This document shows, piece after piece, positions 44,464 to 53,668 of a stretch of DNA of 64,000 nt. Each line of letters starts with the position of its first letter. Within the stretch, counting starts at the first letter, position 1. Source of the DNA: a virus; the IMG/VR virus record IMGVR_UViG_3300007735_000799, positions 32,001 through 96,000 of that record. One strand, given 5' to 3'. Position numbers and translations under genes: made by a program. Under the pieces are notes generated by a model, which was not told where the DNA came from, did not search any database, and was given only the letters and a program-made list of their open reading frames with translations.

Positions 44464-46844
44464 GACAGCACCACCTTCTTGCTGCTCGCAGGCTTCGCCA
44501 TCAGATCCACGAGGCGGGTGCAGAGCAGACGATTGTTGCCTGCCTTCTCCACGCTAGCCGCGAACGCCTTGGCAAGCGTAGCCTTGGTGGCCGACGCCGT
44601 GGGAATACTGTCAAACGGATCAGTCTCGTCCAACTTAGGATTCGGCACAGCGAACCACACCGTGTGACCGTGAACACCCTGAGCCGTCAGGAAGCCGTCA
44701 CGCTTGCTCTGCTCAAGGCACTTATCCTGCTGCTCACCCGTGAGACCTGAGTAACGCAGCAGACCCTTGAACTCACGCTTCGCGGTGATAGAGATGCCCA
44801 CAGAGTTGAGACCCGCGACACGCTTACGCAGCAGTTCATTCATCGCGGCTACATCACGGCTACCGTTGGTGCGAACACGCAGACCCGTGACAGGATCAAT
44901 CAGTTCGCTGCCTGCGGTGTTCCAACCGGTGTAGTTGCTCACAGGATTCGCCACCTCGTCTGAGCCGTAGTAATTCTTCTTGCCGGTAGCCTTGCCGCGA
45001 GCGTACACACGATCACTCGGCTGTCCGTCCGTGAGCGTCACGAAGTGAACAATCTGAAGCGCGTGCTGACGCTTGAACTGTTCCACCACGGTGAGAGCCG
45101 CAGCGGTAGCCGCCACGGTCGGGGTGGAGTTCAACTGAAACAGACGCATCGCCGCCTTGTACTCCTCGTCAGTACCCCAACGACCGTTGGTGTTGTACAC
45201 GCTGTAGTTACGAGCAGAATCAAACGCCGCCATCAAGCCACCTGCGGTGACGCGCCAATCGCGCTCCGACAGACCCTTGGTGCTGACAATGTGAATCAGA
45301 CGCATGCTGGTTTCAAGATCAGCACGATTGGTTTCCGAATCCTTGAAAACCCAAGGAGACTTGATATTGCCAGTCTCGTCCTTGCCCATCCACACCGAGC
45401 CACAACCGTCGCTGAATCCGTACACATCGCACGGAATGTTGCTGCGACGACACCACGCAGCCAGCATCAGCATCTGACGAATGGTTTCACCCATGATGCT
45501 TGCCATGCTGCCCGAGAAGTCCACGAAGATCACGATGCCGTGCGACTGACCGTTACGCACCGTGGTGTTCTGAAGAAAGATATCGTCGGAAATCTTGTAA
45601 CTCCACAGACGGTTCACATCAATGCTACCGGTATCCGCCACGCTAGTGCGAGCCGAAGCATCCGCCGCCATGCGACGAATAAACTCCTGCTGCATGATGC
45701 TCACATCACGACGGCTCGTGCTTTCCCACTTGGCAAGCAGCGTAGCACCATCGCACAAGGCGTTGAACTTCTCAAGAACCGGCAGCACCTTGGTGCGGAA
45801 CGCAATCACGCCGATCTTGGTGTCAAACGCAGGCATGGTGATCGGCATGAAGTACTGCGCCTTGTCGTCACGGAAGCCGTTGCTAGCGGTCTGCATCACG
45901 CTGTCGGTTTCAGCAGCGGTCGGCTCACGATCCGTATCGCTAGGCATACCCTGAGCATCCGAAGTCTCGTTGCCCGCAGCGTCCTGACCTTCGCTCTTGG
46001 CGCGCTTCGCCTTGCTCTGGTCACCCTTGCTCTCGGTCTGCTCCTCGCCCTTGCTGTCATTGTTGTTCTTCTGGCTCTTGCTCTCGCCAGCGTCCGTGTT
46101 CTTGTTCGGCTCGCGGGTGCTGCTGCTGCCCTGCGGGTTGTCCTGCTGCTGACCCTCTTCGCCAGCCGCACCCTCGTTGCCTTCAGCACCTTCGCCACCC
46201 TGCTGACCCTGCTCCTGCTCCTGCGGCTGAGGCTCGGCGTTCTCCTGCTCGCGCTGCATCTCCCAAATGCGGTGAGCCACATCGATCACATCGTCAAAAG
46301 TCTTCGTGGTTTCCACAGCCTGCACCACGGTCAACTCCTCAGCAGTGAACGGCACAGTAACCCACGCGCCCCACTTGTAGTGAATGTTCACGCGATCAAT
46401 CAGACGCATCTCGCCCACCTTGCTGAACAGATCAACAAACAGCGGGTGCTGCATCAGTTCCTTGTAGCCGTTGAAGAACGAACGACGCAGGCCCGGCAGA
46501 CGGGTCTTCATCAGACGCTCAATTCGGGCATCCTCCACGATGTTGAGAAAGGTCTTCGCCGCGCTGCTACCGTTGCGGGTATCCACCTTGCGAATAGCGT
46601 CCATCAGCGGCTGAACGCCAGCCGGAGTGAACAGAGCGTGACCCGTTTCGTGACCCGCGAGCATATCGTACAGGTCGCTGCTCATGCCCTTCCAACACGG
46701 GAACACGAGGCGGCGGCTCTCGGTGTCAAAGTAGGCGGTTTGTGCGTTCGGCACATGCTCCACGGTGATGTTTTCCGTCGCCATAAGACGAGCGAGAATG
46801 GCCTTGGAGTCGAGAACGGTGCGGTTGAGAGTACTTGTGGTCAT
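44460..46844 (-). CDS. CobT-like protein: HExxH metallopeptidase-like domain, acidic linker, VWA domain
   Basis: GHETGHALFT, NIVEDARIE; MIDAS VDFSGSM, LNSTP, LTDGQP. Confidence 0.85.
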   Translation of the reverse strand: MTTSTLNRTVLDSKAILARLMATENITVEHVPNAQTAYFDTESRRLVFPCWKGMSSDLYDMLAGHETGHALFTPAGVQPLMDAIRKVDTRNGSSAAKTFLNIVEDARIERLMKTRLPGLRRSFFNGYKELMQHPLFVDLFSKVGEMRLIDRVNIHYKWGAWVTVPFTAEELTVVQAVETTKTFDDVIDVAHRIWEMQREQENAEPQPQEQEQGQQGGEGAEGNEGAAGEEGQQQDNPQGSSSTREPNKNTDAGESKSQKNNNDSKGEEQTESKGDQSKAKRAKSEGQDAAGNETSDAQGMPSDTDREPTAAETDSVMQTASNGFRDDKAQYFMPITMPAFDTKIGVIAFRTKVLPVLEKFNALCDGATLLAKWESTSRRDVSIMQQEFIRRMAADASARTSVADTGSIDVNRLWSYKISDDIFLQNTTVRNGQSHGIVIFVDFSGSMASIMGETIRQMLMLAAWCRRSNIPCDVYGFSDGCGSVWMGKDETGNIKSPWVFKDSETNRADLETSMRLIHIVSTKGLSERDWRVTAGGLMAAFDSARNYSVYNTNGRWGTDEEYKAAMRLFQLNSTPTVAATAAALTVVEQFKRQHALQIVHFVTLTDGQPSDRVYARGKATGKKNYYGSDEVANPVSNYTGWNTAGSELIDPVTGLRVRTNGSRDVAAMNELLRKRVAGLNSVGISITAKREFKGLLRYSGLTGEQQDKCLEQSKRDGFLTAQGVHGHTVWFAVPNPKLDETDPFDSIPTASATKATLAKAFAASVEKAGNNRLLCTRLVDLMAKPASSKKVVLS

Positions 46845-46850
46845 GCCTTT

Positions 46851-46879
46851 AGTATAGCCTAGAAAGGGGTTTATGGCAA
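46851..46879 (-). promoter_or_regulatory. early sigma70-type promoter, leaderless geometry
   Basis: TTGCCA-17 nt-TATACT; ATG 7 nt after -10. Confidence 0.75.
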
Positions 46880-47191
46880 GTCTATAGGGCGAAAAACGGG
46901 GGCCAAAATGCCGATTTTCTCAAATTTTTACCTAAAGTCCGATAACTATACCCCCGTTATTTCATCAAAAACAGGGCCCTATTACCCGGTAAAGGCCCCC
47001 GTGGCAAGGGGCCTACTTATCAAGAATTAAGGTTAAATCTTGAATCCTAAAAAGAACAACCCCTGGATTCAAGGTCCAGGGGAGTTCCAAAGGGGGAAGT
47101 TTTTCAGTAGCCGAACTGCGGGATGTGGTGGGCGACCACAGGATTCATTTCAATTATACGCCCACCACACCCCCACAGGTTAACCACCAAC

Positions 47192-47497
47192 TCAGGCCGA
47201 GTAGGTGTAGTAGTTCGGGTAGCCAGCGCGGCGCAGGGTGTTGCGACGGAACGAAGCGCGGTGAGCCGACTTCTCCTTCAGCGACACCTTCTGATCCCAC
47301 GCAAAGGTACGGCTCTCGCCGCACTCAAAGCGAACGCGCACCGTGCCCTTGCTAGCGTTGCGAGTGATGCTCTCAACAAACAGGCTCGGCTCGCCACGCA
47401 GAAGGAACTCATCGCCCTCCAGCATGTTCTGAGCAGCGACGCGGATGCGAGAGGCGATCTTGACATTACGACCGTTCGTGGTCATGGTTGCAGACAT
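47192..47497 (-). CDS. small SH3-like hypothetical protein
   Basis: AAGGAG RBS; beta-rich core. Confidence 0.6.
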   Translation of the reverse strand: MSATMTTNGRNVKIASRIRVAAQNMLEGDEFLLRGEPSLFVESITRNASKGTVRVRFECGESRTFAWDQKVSLKEKSAHRASFRRNTLRRAGYPNYYTYSA

Positions 47498-47554
47498 AGT
47501 GACTCCTTAAGTGAATGCGCGAGTGTTTACATTAACTCGCTAGGTTTTGAAAAT

Positions 47555-47754
47555 CCTTAGTGATGATTTCTCACCACTAAGGGGTGTGCAGCAGGAGCAA
47601 ATATACGGCAGAGGGTTTCGCATCATGCTGCTGAGTGCTACTCGCCTTGAGTTCTTGATCCGACGACCCGAATTTTAACTCAGTAAATTATATTATTCAT
47701 GGTTCGTATGTTCCGTTAGGGAAAATCCACCTGTCCTGTTTCCAAGACAGGTGG
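47555..47754 (-). other. two 12-bp GAAA-tetraloop hairpins
   Basis: CCACCTGTCTTG-GAAA-CAGGACAGGTGG and CCTTAGTGGTGA-GAAA-TCATCACTAAGG, each followed by ATTTTC. Confidence 0.6.
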
Positions 47755-47800
47755 GGGTGCGACTCAGATGCCTCACAGGAGTCGCCACTGTCCCTCTACA

Positions 47801-48112
47801 TTAGGCAGTCGCAGCAGCCTCCGAGGGGGTGACAGGGGACTGCGCCCCATTCGCTGCCACGAAAGCATCGAATTCCACCCAAGGGAGGGAGTAAACGGCT
47901 CGCTGCACAGTGAAGTTCGCCGAGTTCGTCAGCCAAGCAGGCCACCGAAGCGTGTACCCGAAAGGACCAGTCTTGCCTTGCCACTTGGTTTGAATATCCA
48001 AGAGTGCCTTGCGTGTCACCGTGGTGGTGCGACCAAACTCCTGTTCAAACTGAGCCATGAAGTTGGCTTGACGCTTGTTCAGACGAATCGTGATGTTGTT
48101 GGTGTTGCTCAT
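47801..48112 (-). CDS. stand-alone homologue of the MoxR N-terminal domain
   Basis: WPAWLTNSANFTVQRAVYSLP matches NPAWLTNDPANRHGRGYYRIP in 49282..50562. Confidence 0.65.
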   Translation of the reverse strand: MSNTNNITIRLNKRQANFMAQFEQEFGRTTTVTRKALLDIQTKWQGKTGPFGYTLRWPAWLTNSANFTVQRAVYSLPWVEFDAFVAANGAQSPVTPSEAAATA

Positions 48113-48123
48113 TTGACTCCTTT

Positions 48124-48151
48124 ATTATACCTGATTTCAGGTGAGATGCAA
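48124..48151 (-). promoter_or_regulatory. early sigma70-type promoter
   Basis: TTGCAT-16 nt-TATAAT. Confidence 0.6.
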
Positions 48152-48191
48152 GAGGCTAGGACTGATTTTGCCTCAGATTCTTTTTTTAAAT

Positions 48192-48536
48192 TCAGTCCTC
48201 GCATTCCACATCCACGATTTCAGAATCGCGGAACAAATGTTGAATGCCGTTGTCGGTAATTCCACTCAGGAGAAACTCAACTTCAGTTTCCTTGAGATAC
48301 GGAAAGTAAAGTGCAGCAGGCTTCAAGGGTGATTCAAGATTTCGCCAAGCCTGCCAGTCTGCGGTTTCCACTGTAACCGAGAACCATTCACCGGTAACTG
48401 GACACTTTCTAGTTACAGTATGCGGTTCCGTGAATTGGCGTGCCACGGGCGTCGCGGGCGTTAACGCCTTCTTCTCTGCAAGTTCAGTTTTCGCTGCGGT
48501 GATACGCTGTGCAATTTCAGTTTCCGTCATGCTCAT
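48192..48536 (-). CDS. conserved small phage protein
   Basis: KCPVTG...WQAW...YL..EVEFLLSGIT. Confidence 0.6.
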   Translation of the reverse strand: MSMTETEIAQRITAAKTELAEKKALTPATPVARQFTEPHTVTRKCPVTGEWFSVTVETADWQAWRNLESPLKPAALYFPYLKETEVEFLLSGITDNGIQHLFRDSEIVDVECED

Positions 48537-48558
48537 TTTGATTTCCCCTTTGTTGTGT

Positions 48559-48879
48559 TCAAGACTGCTTGGCAACCCAAGCGAAGATTTCCACGAGTTC
48601 TGTAGCCTGCACCCAACCCTTCACGGTATCGCCGCTTTGAAACGGCACGAGTTCACCTTGAGGATTAAAGACGCCGACTTCCACAGATTCAAAAGATTGA
48701 GTTGTAGACCAGGTGTGCGTGGTGATGTAGGTAAACTTGCCGTTAAGATACGCGGAGTAGATGCCGTTACCTGCACCAAAGCCGCCTACCCAAGAAACTT
48801 CCCATCCGTTGGGAAACTTAAGGCGACCGCGAAACACTCCATCGGTTTCTCGTGCGTGATCGTGGTTGAATGTAATCAT
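48559..48879 (-). CDS. conserved small phage protein
   Basis: FPNGWEVS...EVGV...VKGWV pattern. Confidence 0.6.
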   Translation of the reverse strand: MITFNHDHARETDGVFRGRLKFPNGWEVSWVGGFGAGNGIYSAYLNGKFTYITTHTWSTTQSFESVEVGVFNPQGELVPFQSGDTVKGWVQATELVEIFAWVAKQS

Positions 48880-48896
48880 GGTGGGCCCTGAGGGGC

Positions 48897-48918
48897 GGGG
48901 AGGACCGAAGTCCTCCCC
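48897..48918 (-). other. C(UUCG)G hairpin in intergenic gap
   Basis: GGGGAGGAC-TTCG-GTCCTCCCC. Confidence 0.65.
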
Positions 48919-48949
48919 TCCGCACGAAGCGGTTAACCCCTCACCAGGA

Positions 48950-49204
48950 TTAGGCGAGAGCCACGGTCACCTGAGCCGCGTCCATGCCGCTGCCCAGACG
49001 CTGATTCCATCGCTGCATCACGATAGGCAGACCCGCTTCGCTGGTCTTGTAGGTGTACGCCACGCGGTCGCCGATGTAATCAATACCGGCAGACTTGATG
49101 TTCGTGCCGCACAGACGCTTGCTGAACGCATCAAACTTGGTCTCGGTGCTGTTATCAAACAGATCCACGCTGACGGTCACGAAATACTTGTTGCTGTTAC
49201 GCAT
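48950..49204 (-). CDS. small hypothetical protein
   Basis: AAGGAA RBS. Confidence 0.55.
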   Translation of the reverse strand: MRNSNKYFVTVSVDLFDNSTETKFDAFSKRLCGTNIKSAGIDYIGDRVAYTYKTSEAGLPIVMQRWNQRLGSGMDAAQVTVALA

Positions 49205-49281
49205 AGTGAGAGTTTCCTTTCAAAGAAACAGGGTTGAGAAGTGAGGAGTGAAACAGGATCAACACGATCCTGAAGTTTAGT

Positions 49282-50562
49282 TTAGAACGGGCACTTGGTG
49301 GAGTTCACCGGCGCGACGGCTTCCTGCGGAGCCTTGCCGAGCGTATCATCCTTCGGGGCGTTCGCGGGATCAATCTTCTGGAACAAGGAGAGCATCGCCT
49401 CGCGGGTCACCTCATCGTAGATGTTGATGCCGAGTTCCACCGCAAGGGTACGCTCGCCGAGAATGCTCAGATTCTGAGCAATCTGCACAAGGCGGCGCGT
49501 GGTCATGGTTTCATCAAGACCGCCCTCGCGGTTCGTCTTGCGAATCATGCCTGCCCAATCCACGAGCAGCGCGGCGAATTCCGCGTCATCCACGCCTGCC
49601 ACAGCCATGGCCTTGTTCAGAATCTTCTTCTCCACAGCCGGAGTGGGATAGTCGGCCACGAAGCACATGCCGCTGAGACGATCACGGAATGCAACATTCA
49701 AGGGATTCGCACCCACGAAGCGACCTGTATCATCGCCGTTGCCCTTGGTATTCGCGGTTGCGCCCACATTGAAGCCCTCAGCAGGCTTCACCCACTGGTT
49801 AATCTTCTTGAGGAACACGGGCTTGCCGTTCAGAACCTGCTGAAGGCACATCACCTTGCTCGTGGCCTGGTCAATCTCGTCAAGCACCAGGAATCCGCCA
49901 CGCATCATAGCCAAGGTGACAGGGCCGTAGATGAACTTGGTTTCGCCGTTCACAAGGCGGAAGCCGCCAAGCAGATCGTCTTCCGTGGTTTCGGTTGTAA
50001 TCTGCACCTCGTAGTACTCGCGCTTCAGATCGGCGCAGGCCTGCTGATAGGCATAGGTCTTGCCGCAACCCGAAGGGCCAACCACATACGACGGGGCCCA
50101 ACGACGCGAGCCGATGATACGCTTCACCGTATCGTAGTGACCATAGGCCACGAACAGCGCGTCTTTTTGAGGAATGCAGTCGCCGCACTCTGCAATCGCA
50201 GCAAGCGAGAGAGTAGCGTCAACAAGCGAATTAGAAGTCCCCTGCGCTGCGGCAGCGACCACCGGTGCAGCAGATGCGGAGGGGACGGTGACAGCCGTGG
50301 GAGACTTGCGCTCGGTCACGGGCGTCGTGTTCAGACTCTTCGCCACGGCAATCTTGTCCGCAGGAATGCGGTAGTAGCCGCGACCGTGACGATTCGCGGG
50401 ATCGTTGGTGAGCCACGCGGGATTCGCAACGCCCGCTTCACGAGCGGCGCGCAGCACCGTGGTGCGGTCAATGATGCAATTGCCGTTGCTAATCTTGAGA
50501 GCGGCGAGAATGAAAGCGGTCTGAGTGGCCGCACGATTACCGGTAGAATTCTTGGTGGTCAT
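49282..50562 (-). CDS. MoxR/CobS-like AAA+ ATPase with N-terminal extension
   Basis: GPSGCGKT, EDDLLGG, VLDEID, ATAN, LNVAFRDR, TTRRL. Confidence 0.92.
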   Translation of the reverse strand: MTTKNSTGNRAATQTAFILAALKISNGNCIIDRTTVLRAAREAGVANPAWLTNDPANRHGRGYYRIPADKIAVAKSLNTTPVTERKSPTAVTVPSASAAPVVAAAAQGTSNSLVDATLSLAAIAECGDCIPQKDALFVAYGHYDTVKRIIGSRRWAPSYVVGPSGCGKTYAYQQACADLKREYYEVQITTETTEDDLLGGFRLVNGETKFIYGPVTLAMMRGGFLVLDEIDQATSKVMCLQQVLNGKPVFLKKINQWVKPAEGFNVGATANTKGNGDDTGRFVGANPLNVAFRDRLSGMCFVADYPTPAVEKKILNKAMAVAGVDDAEFAALLVDWAGMIRKTNREGGLDETMTTRRLVQIAQNLSILGERTLAVELGINIYDEVTREAMLSLFQKIDPANAPKDDTLGKAPQEAVAPVNSTKCPF

Positions 50563-50569
50563 TACCTAT

Positions 50570-50598
50570 AGTATAGCCTATAAACGGGGCCGTGTCTA
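50570..50598 (-). promoter_or_regulatory. early sigma70-type promoter, leaderless geometry
   Basis: TAGACA-17 nt-TATACT; ATG 8 nt after -10. Confidence 0.7.
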
Positions 50599-50638
50599 CC
50601 CTATGGGGGCATTATACCGTCAGATTGTGCAGATTTTT

Positions 50639-50690
50639 ATTATCGGACACAGAGTTTTTCAGCGGGAAATCGGGGGGTGCGTCCGATAAT
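50639..50690. repeat. inverted pair of ATTATCGGAC boxes
   Basis: attatcggac 50639..50648 and gtccgataat 50681..50690; further copies at 34001, 34145 and 46937. Confidence 0.8.
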
Positions 50691-51018
50691 TATTTCCGTG
50701 AATAAACTTGAATAGTTATGCAAAAATATTCAGCGGTAAATTTTAAAACGACGCGATACACCGACCGCTAAGGCGAACACGATATTACGCATTCCCCCGT
50801 GGTCCGCAAGTGGGGGTAAGTGGGGCAAGGTGTAGCCGTGTGCAGATTCCTAGAGTTAAATTAAAAAATTCCCTGATATCGCTCAGAGGAAAGCGGGTTC
50901 TTCGGAATAGGTGAACCGAGTTTGCTTTCGCTCTCTACCTAGACCCGTTGACTCTTACACGGTGACAACGCAGACGGTTAGAACTCTAGAATTCAGGAAT
51001 ACCGACACCTTTGTTTCG

Positions 51019-51324
51019 TTACAAGTCACCGATCCAATCACTTACAGGAGGATGCGGTTCACACCACGGTTCCCATCCTGCGGCAACAAGCGTCTGCCAT
51101 ACAAGTCTACCTGTCGCCACAGGCATGGTTGACACATCTAATGGTTTTAACTGATGGTGGGCCGAATCACTTACTTTAAAAACAACAGTTTCTCGGCTTC
51201 GGTTTTCAATGGTAATCCAGTGCGGTGTCTGCGTCAAGGGTTCCGCTACAATGAAGCGCAAGCGGGTTCCGTCACCGCCGTGTTGTGGGTTTCGCCATAA
51301 ACTGTACTCTTGATGCGGTCGCAT
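51019..51324 (-). CDS. small early protein, R-x-x-W helix family
   Basis: Start reset to MRPHQEY; PVATGRLVWQTLVAAGW. Confidence 0.55.
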   Translation of the reverse strand: MRPHQEYSLWRNPQHGGDGTRLRFIVAEPLTQTPHWITIENRSRETVVFKVSDSAHHQLKPLDVSTMPVATGRLVWQTLVAAGWEPWCEPHPPVSDWIGDL

Positions 51325-51330
51325 GGTAGT

Positions 51331-51359
51331 AGTATACTGTATAGACAAGCGAGCGTCAA
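51331..51359 (-). promoter_or_regulatory. early sigma70-type promoter, leaderless geometry
   Basis: TTGACG-17 nt-TATACT; ATG 7 nt after -10. Confidence 0.7.
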
Positions 51360-51377
51360 GCGGAACTTGGTTGAATT

Positions 51378-51417
51378 AAAAATAAAAAACCTCAGTCCAG
51401 ACTGCTCAGGACTGAGG
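51378..51417 (-). terminator. intrinsic terminator
   Basis: CCTCAGTCCTGA-GCAG-TCTGGACTGAGG-TTTTTTATTTT. Confidence 0.7.
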
Positions 51418-51557
51418 CTACTATGAAGATCTAAAGGTAGCGAAGTTCCTTTTAAAGCATGAATGGCGTAGTTCGCTGGTATACACTGTCCTACACGCCA
51501 ACTCAGCCCGATCATCTTTATTTATAATATAACTTCTTTTCAGAACAAGAGTTAAAT

Positions 51558-51584
51558 AAAAAAGCCCCGATATCGGGGCTTTTT
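51558..51584. terminator. bidirectional intrinsic terminator
   Basis: AAAAAAGCCCCGA-T-ATCGGGGCTTTTT near-perfect palindrome. Confidence 0.8.
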
Positions 51585-51607
51585 CAAGGCGTGAACCTTT
51601 TAAATTA

Positions 51608-52582
51608 TCAATACGGATACTTTACATTGGATTGTGTATCACTCTGTTCTAACACCCGTGCGCCTGATTCTTTTGCCTTTAGGCATTCCTCGTAAACCCG
51701 TGTGCCTTCCACACAACACAATATCTGCTCACAAGGCTTAGTTGTAGGAGGTGAGTCTGGCCATATTCCAGGTTCTTGTCCAGTTTTCCTTCGGTAGGTG
51801 TCGTCGTTATTCTTGGTTGCATTTCCCGCTTCAGTTTCAGCATTAGCAGCACAAATCGCGTAACGCAGCCCGCATTGTTCTGCGGTATTATCCCATCTTT
51901 CACAACTAATCTTATCCGCATAACATTTTGCTAAATCCTGCTTTAGTTTTTGTTCTATTCGGTTGTCTTCTTGTTCCCAGTCTGCAAAAGCCTTGTTTCT
52001 ACAGTTTACGCTAGCACTAATCATACGGTTTATACATTCACGAAAATCTTGACCGGTCGGTGGTTTGTATATAACAACTTCAGAACCTGAATTTTGTGAG
52101 TTTGTTGATTGCCTTGCAATAAAATTTGAAATTACAGGAGTTCCTTTAATTCCGTAATCCCGAACAGGAGTGTAGGTTCCTGCATACTGTGCGGTATCAG
52201 ATATACCACCAGTTCCTATAGGGCCATTTGTATCACAACAAATTTGATACATAGTATCACCTTCTTGTGTGCAATACTGTTCATCGCAACAAGTGAATGA
52301 TGCTCGAAGTTCCGCAAGATCTGTGTTGTATCTATTTTCAAAAAACGCAAACATCTGATTTCTTGTGTCCGCGCACTGAGTTGCACAACCACAAGGATCA
52401 CAACCACACGCTGCAACACACAAGTAATACTCATCACTAATTTGTTGTTGCCGAGCCACCCATTGCTCTGCTAGCATTCTTTCTTGAAACGCTAACATTT
52501 GAGCACGAATAGCAAAACAAGAAGTTTTTGCTCTTTGTTTTTGAATATTGCAGTAGTATTCCCATTTACATGTGGTTGACAT
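51608..52582 (-). CDS. Cys-rich helical protein
   Basis: Start reset to MSTTC after AGGAG; 24 Cys counted in 324 aa; ends YPY. Confidence 0.65.
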   Translation of the reverse strand: MSTTCKWEYYCNIQKQRAKTSCFAIRAQMLAFQERMLAEQWVARQQQISDEYYLCVAACGCDPCGCATQCADTRNQMFAFFENRYNTDLAELRASFTCCDEQYCTQEGDTMYQICCDTNGPIGTGGISDTAQYAGTYTPVRDYGIKGTPVISNFIARQSTNSQNSGSEVVIYKPPTGQDFRECINRMISASVNCRNKAFADWEQEDNRIEQKLKQDLAKCYADKISCERWDNTAEQCGLRYAICAANAETEAGNATKNNDDTYRRKTGQEPGIWPDSPPTTKPCEQILCCVEGTRVYEECLKAKESGARVLEQSDTQSNVKYPY

Positions 52583-52596
52583 TTTATGCTCCTTTA

Positions 52597-53601
52597 TTAA
52601 GAACTGTTTCTGCTTGGCCACGGCGGTAGACCTAGCCCTGCGGGAGGAGGCGCAGTGGGTAGTGAATTTGTTGGTGGAACCGGATTGATTGGTGGAACCG
52701 GTTCGCCCCATGCGTCTCGAAGTTTTTTAAGAATCTCAATTAACAACTTTTGATCTATTTCAGGTGGGCCCAGCAGTGATTTTAAAAACTCTATAAGTGC
52801 TACAAGTCCACGATGATGCCCTGATAAAATTGTTAGTAAATTTATCAGTTCTTGAATAGCGTCGGTTGGACTTTTTTGTGCTTTTCGTATCAATTGTTCC
52901 ATGTAACAGCGTTTTGGAGTTGAACTTTTACTGCAAGGTGGTGCAGTCAGCATTTTCTCAAAGTTTAATGAGTCGAAAAGCAAGTCTACACAACGATCAC
53001 CAAATGGATCGTTTTTACAGTCCTTCCCCAAATCTTCAAGGTCTTTTAAAATGATTCTAAACGCTTCTGCCAAGCAACTAGCAAAATCTTTACATCTGTA
53101 TTTGGTTTTTAAACACTCGGGACATGGTATTCGAGGAGGGCCCGAACAATCCAACATCATTCCACGATTTTTTGGACGAATCCAAACCGAATTTAATTTT
53201 TCACACAATCCTTTTAAAAGATCGTCTTCGTTTGCAAATACACCAAGAAGATTACCGACAGAATCACGACGAGTTTGTTCTATATCCGAAATATTACGAT
53301 ACGAATCAATGTAAGCGTAAGCATCAGATAAAGGCTTATACGGGTATTGAATGCTAGCAACAAGTTTACTTACAGTTGGCTCTTCAATACTTCTTTTTAC
53401 AGGAGACATGCATTTTTCATACTGTTCAGCAAGTTTTTCCCATGCGTCTAATATTTTTTTACATTTAGGATCGTCTGAACGAGTGTTGGGATCATTGCAA
53501 CACCCACAAACATCTTCGTCTTGACAGCAGTAGAAAAAGTACCGCAAGTCAGAAATTTGTTTTCTTAAATCATCACATTGTCTAACTCGAATGTACGGCA
53601 A
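52597..53601 (-). CDS. Cys-rich helical protein with Pro-rich tail
   Basis: TTG start after GGGGAG; CC motifs, QYPY; GATAAATA late promoter at 53632. Confidence 0.65.
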   Translation of the reverse strand: MPYIRVRQCDDLRKQISDLRYFFYCCQDEDVCGCCNDPNTRSDDPKCKKILDAWEKLAEQYEKCMSPVKRSIEEPTVSKLVASIQYPYKPLSDAYAYIDSYRNISDIEQTRRDSVGNLLGVFANEDDLLKGLCEKLNSVWIRPKNRGMMLDCSGPPRIPCPECLKTKYRCKDFASCLAEAFRIILKDLEDLGKDCKNDPFGDRCVDLLFDSLNFEKMLTAPPCSKSSTPKRCYMEQLIRKAQKSPTDAIQELINLLTILSGHHRGLVALIEFLKSLLGPPEIDQKLLIEILKKLRDAWGEPVPPINPVPPTNSLPTAPPPAGLGLPPWPSRNSS

Positions 53602-53668
53602 GACGCTCCCCTTGTTGCTAACAGTTTACAGTATTTATCTAATTTGAGTTATTGCTTTTATTTTTAAA

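Noticed and set aside
45045-46862. 605-aa plus-strand ORF
   Set aside because: Antisense shadow of the codon-biased VWA gene; no motifs or promoter
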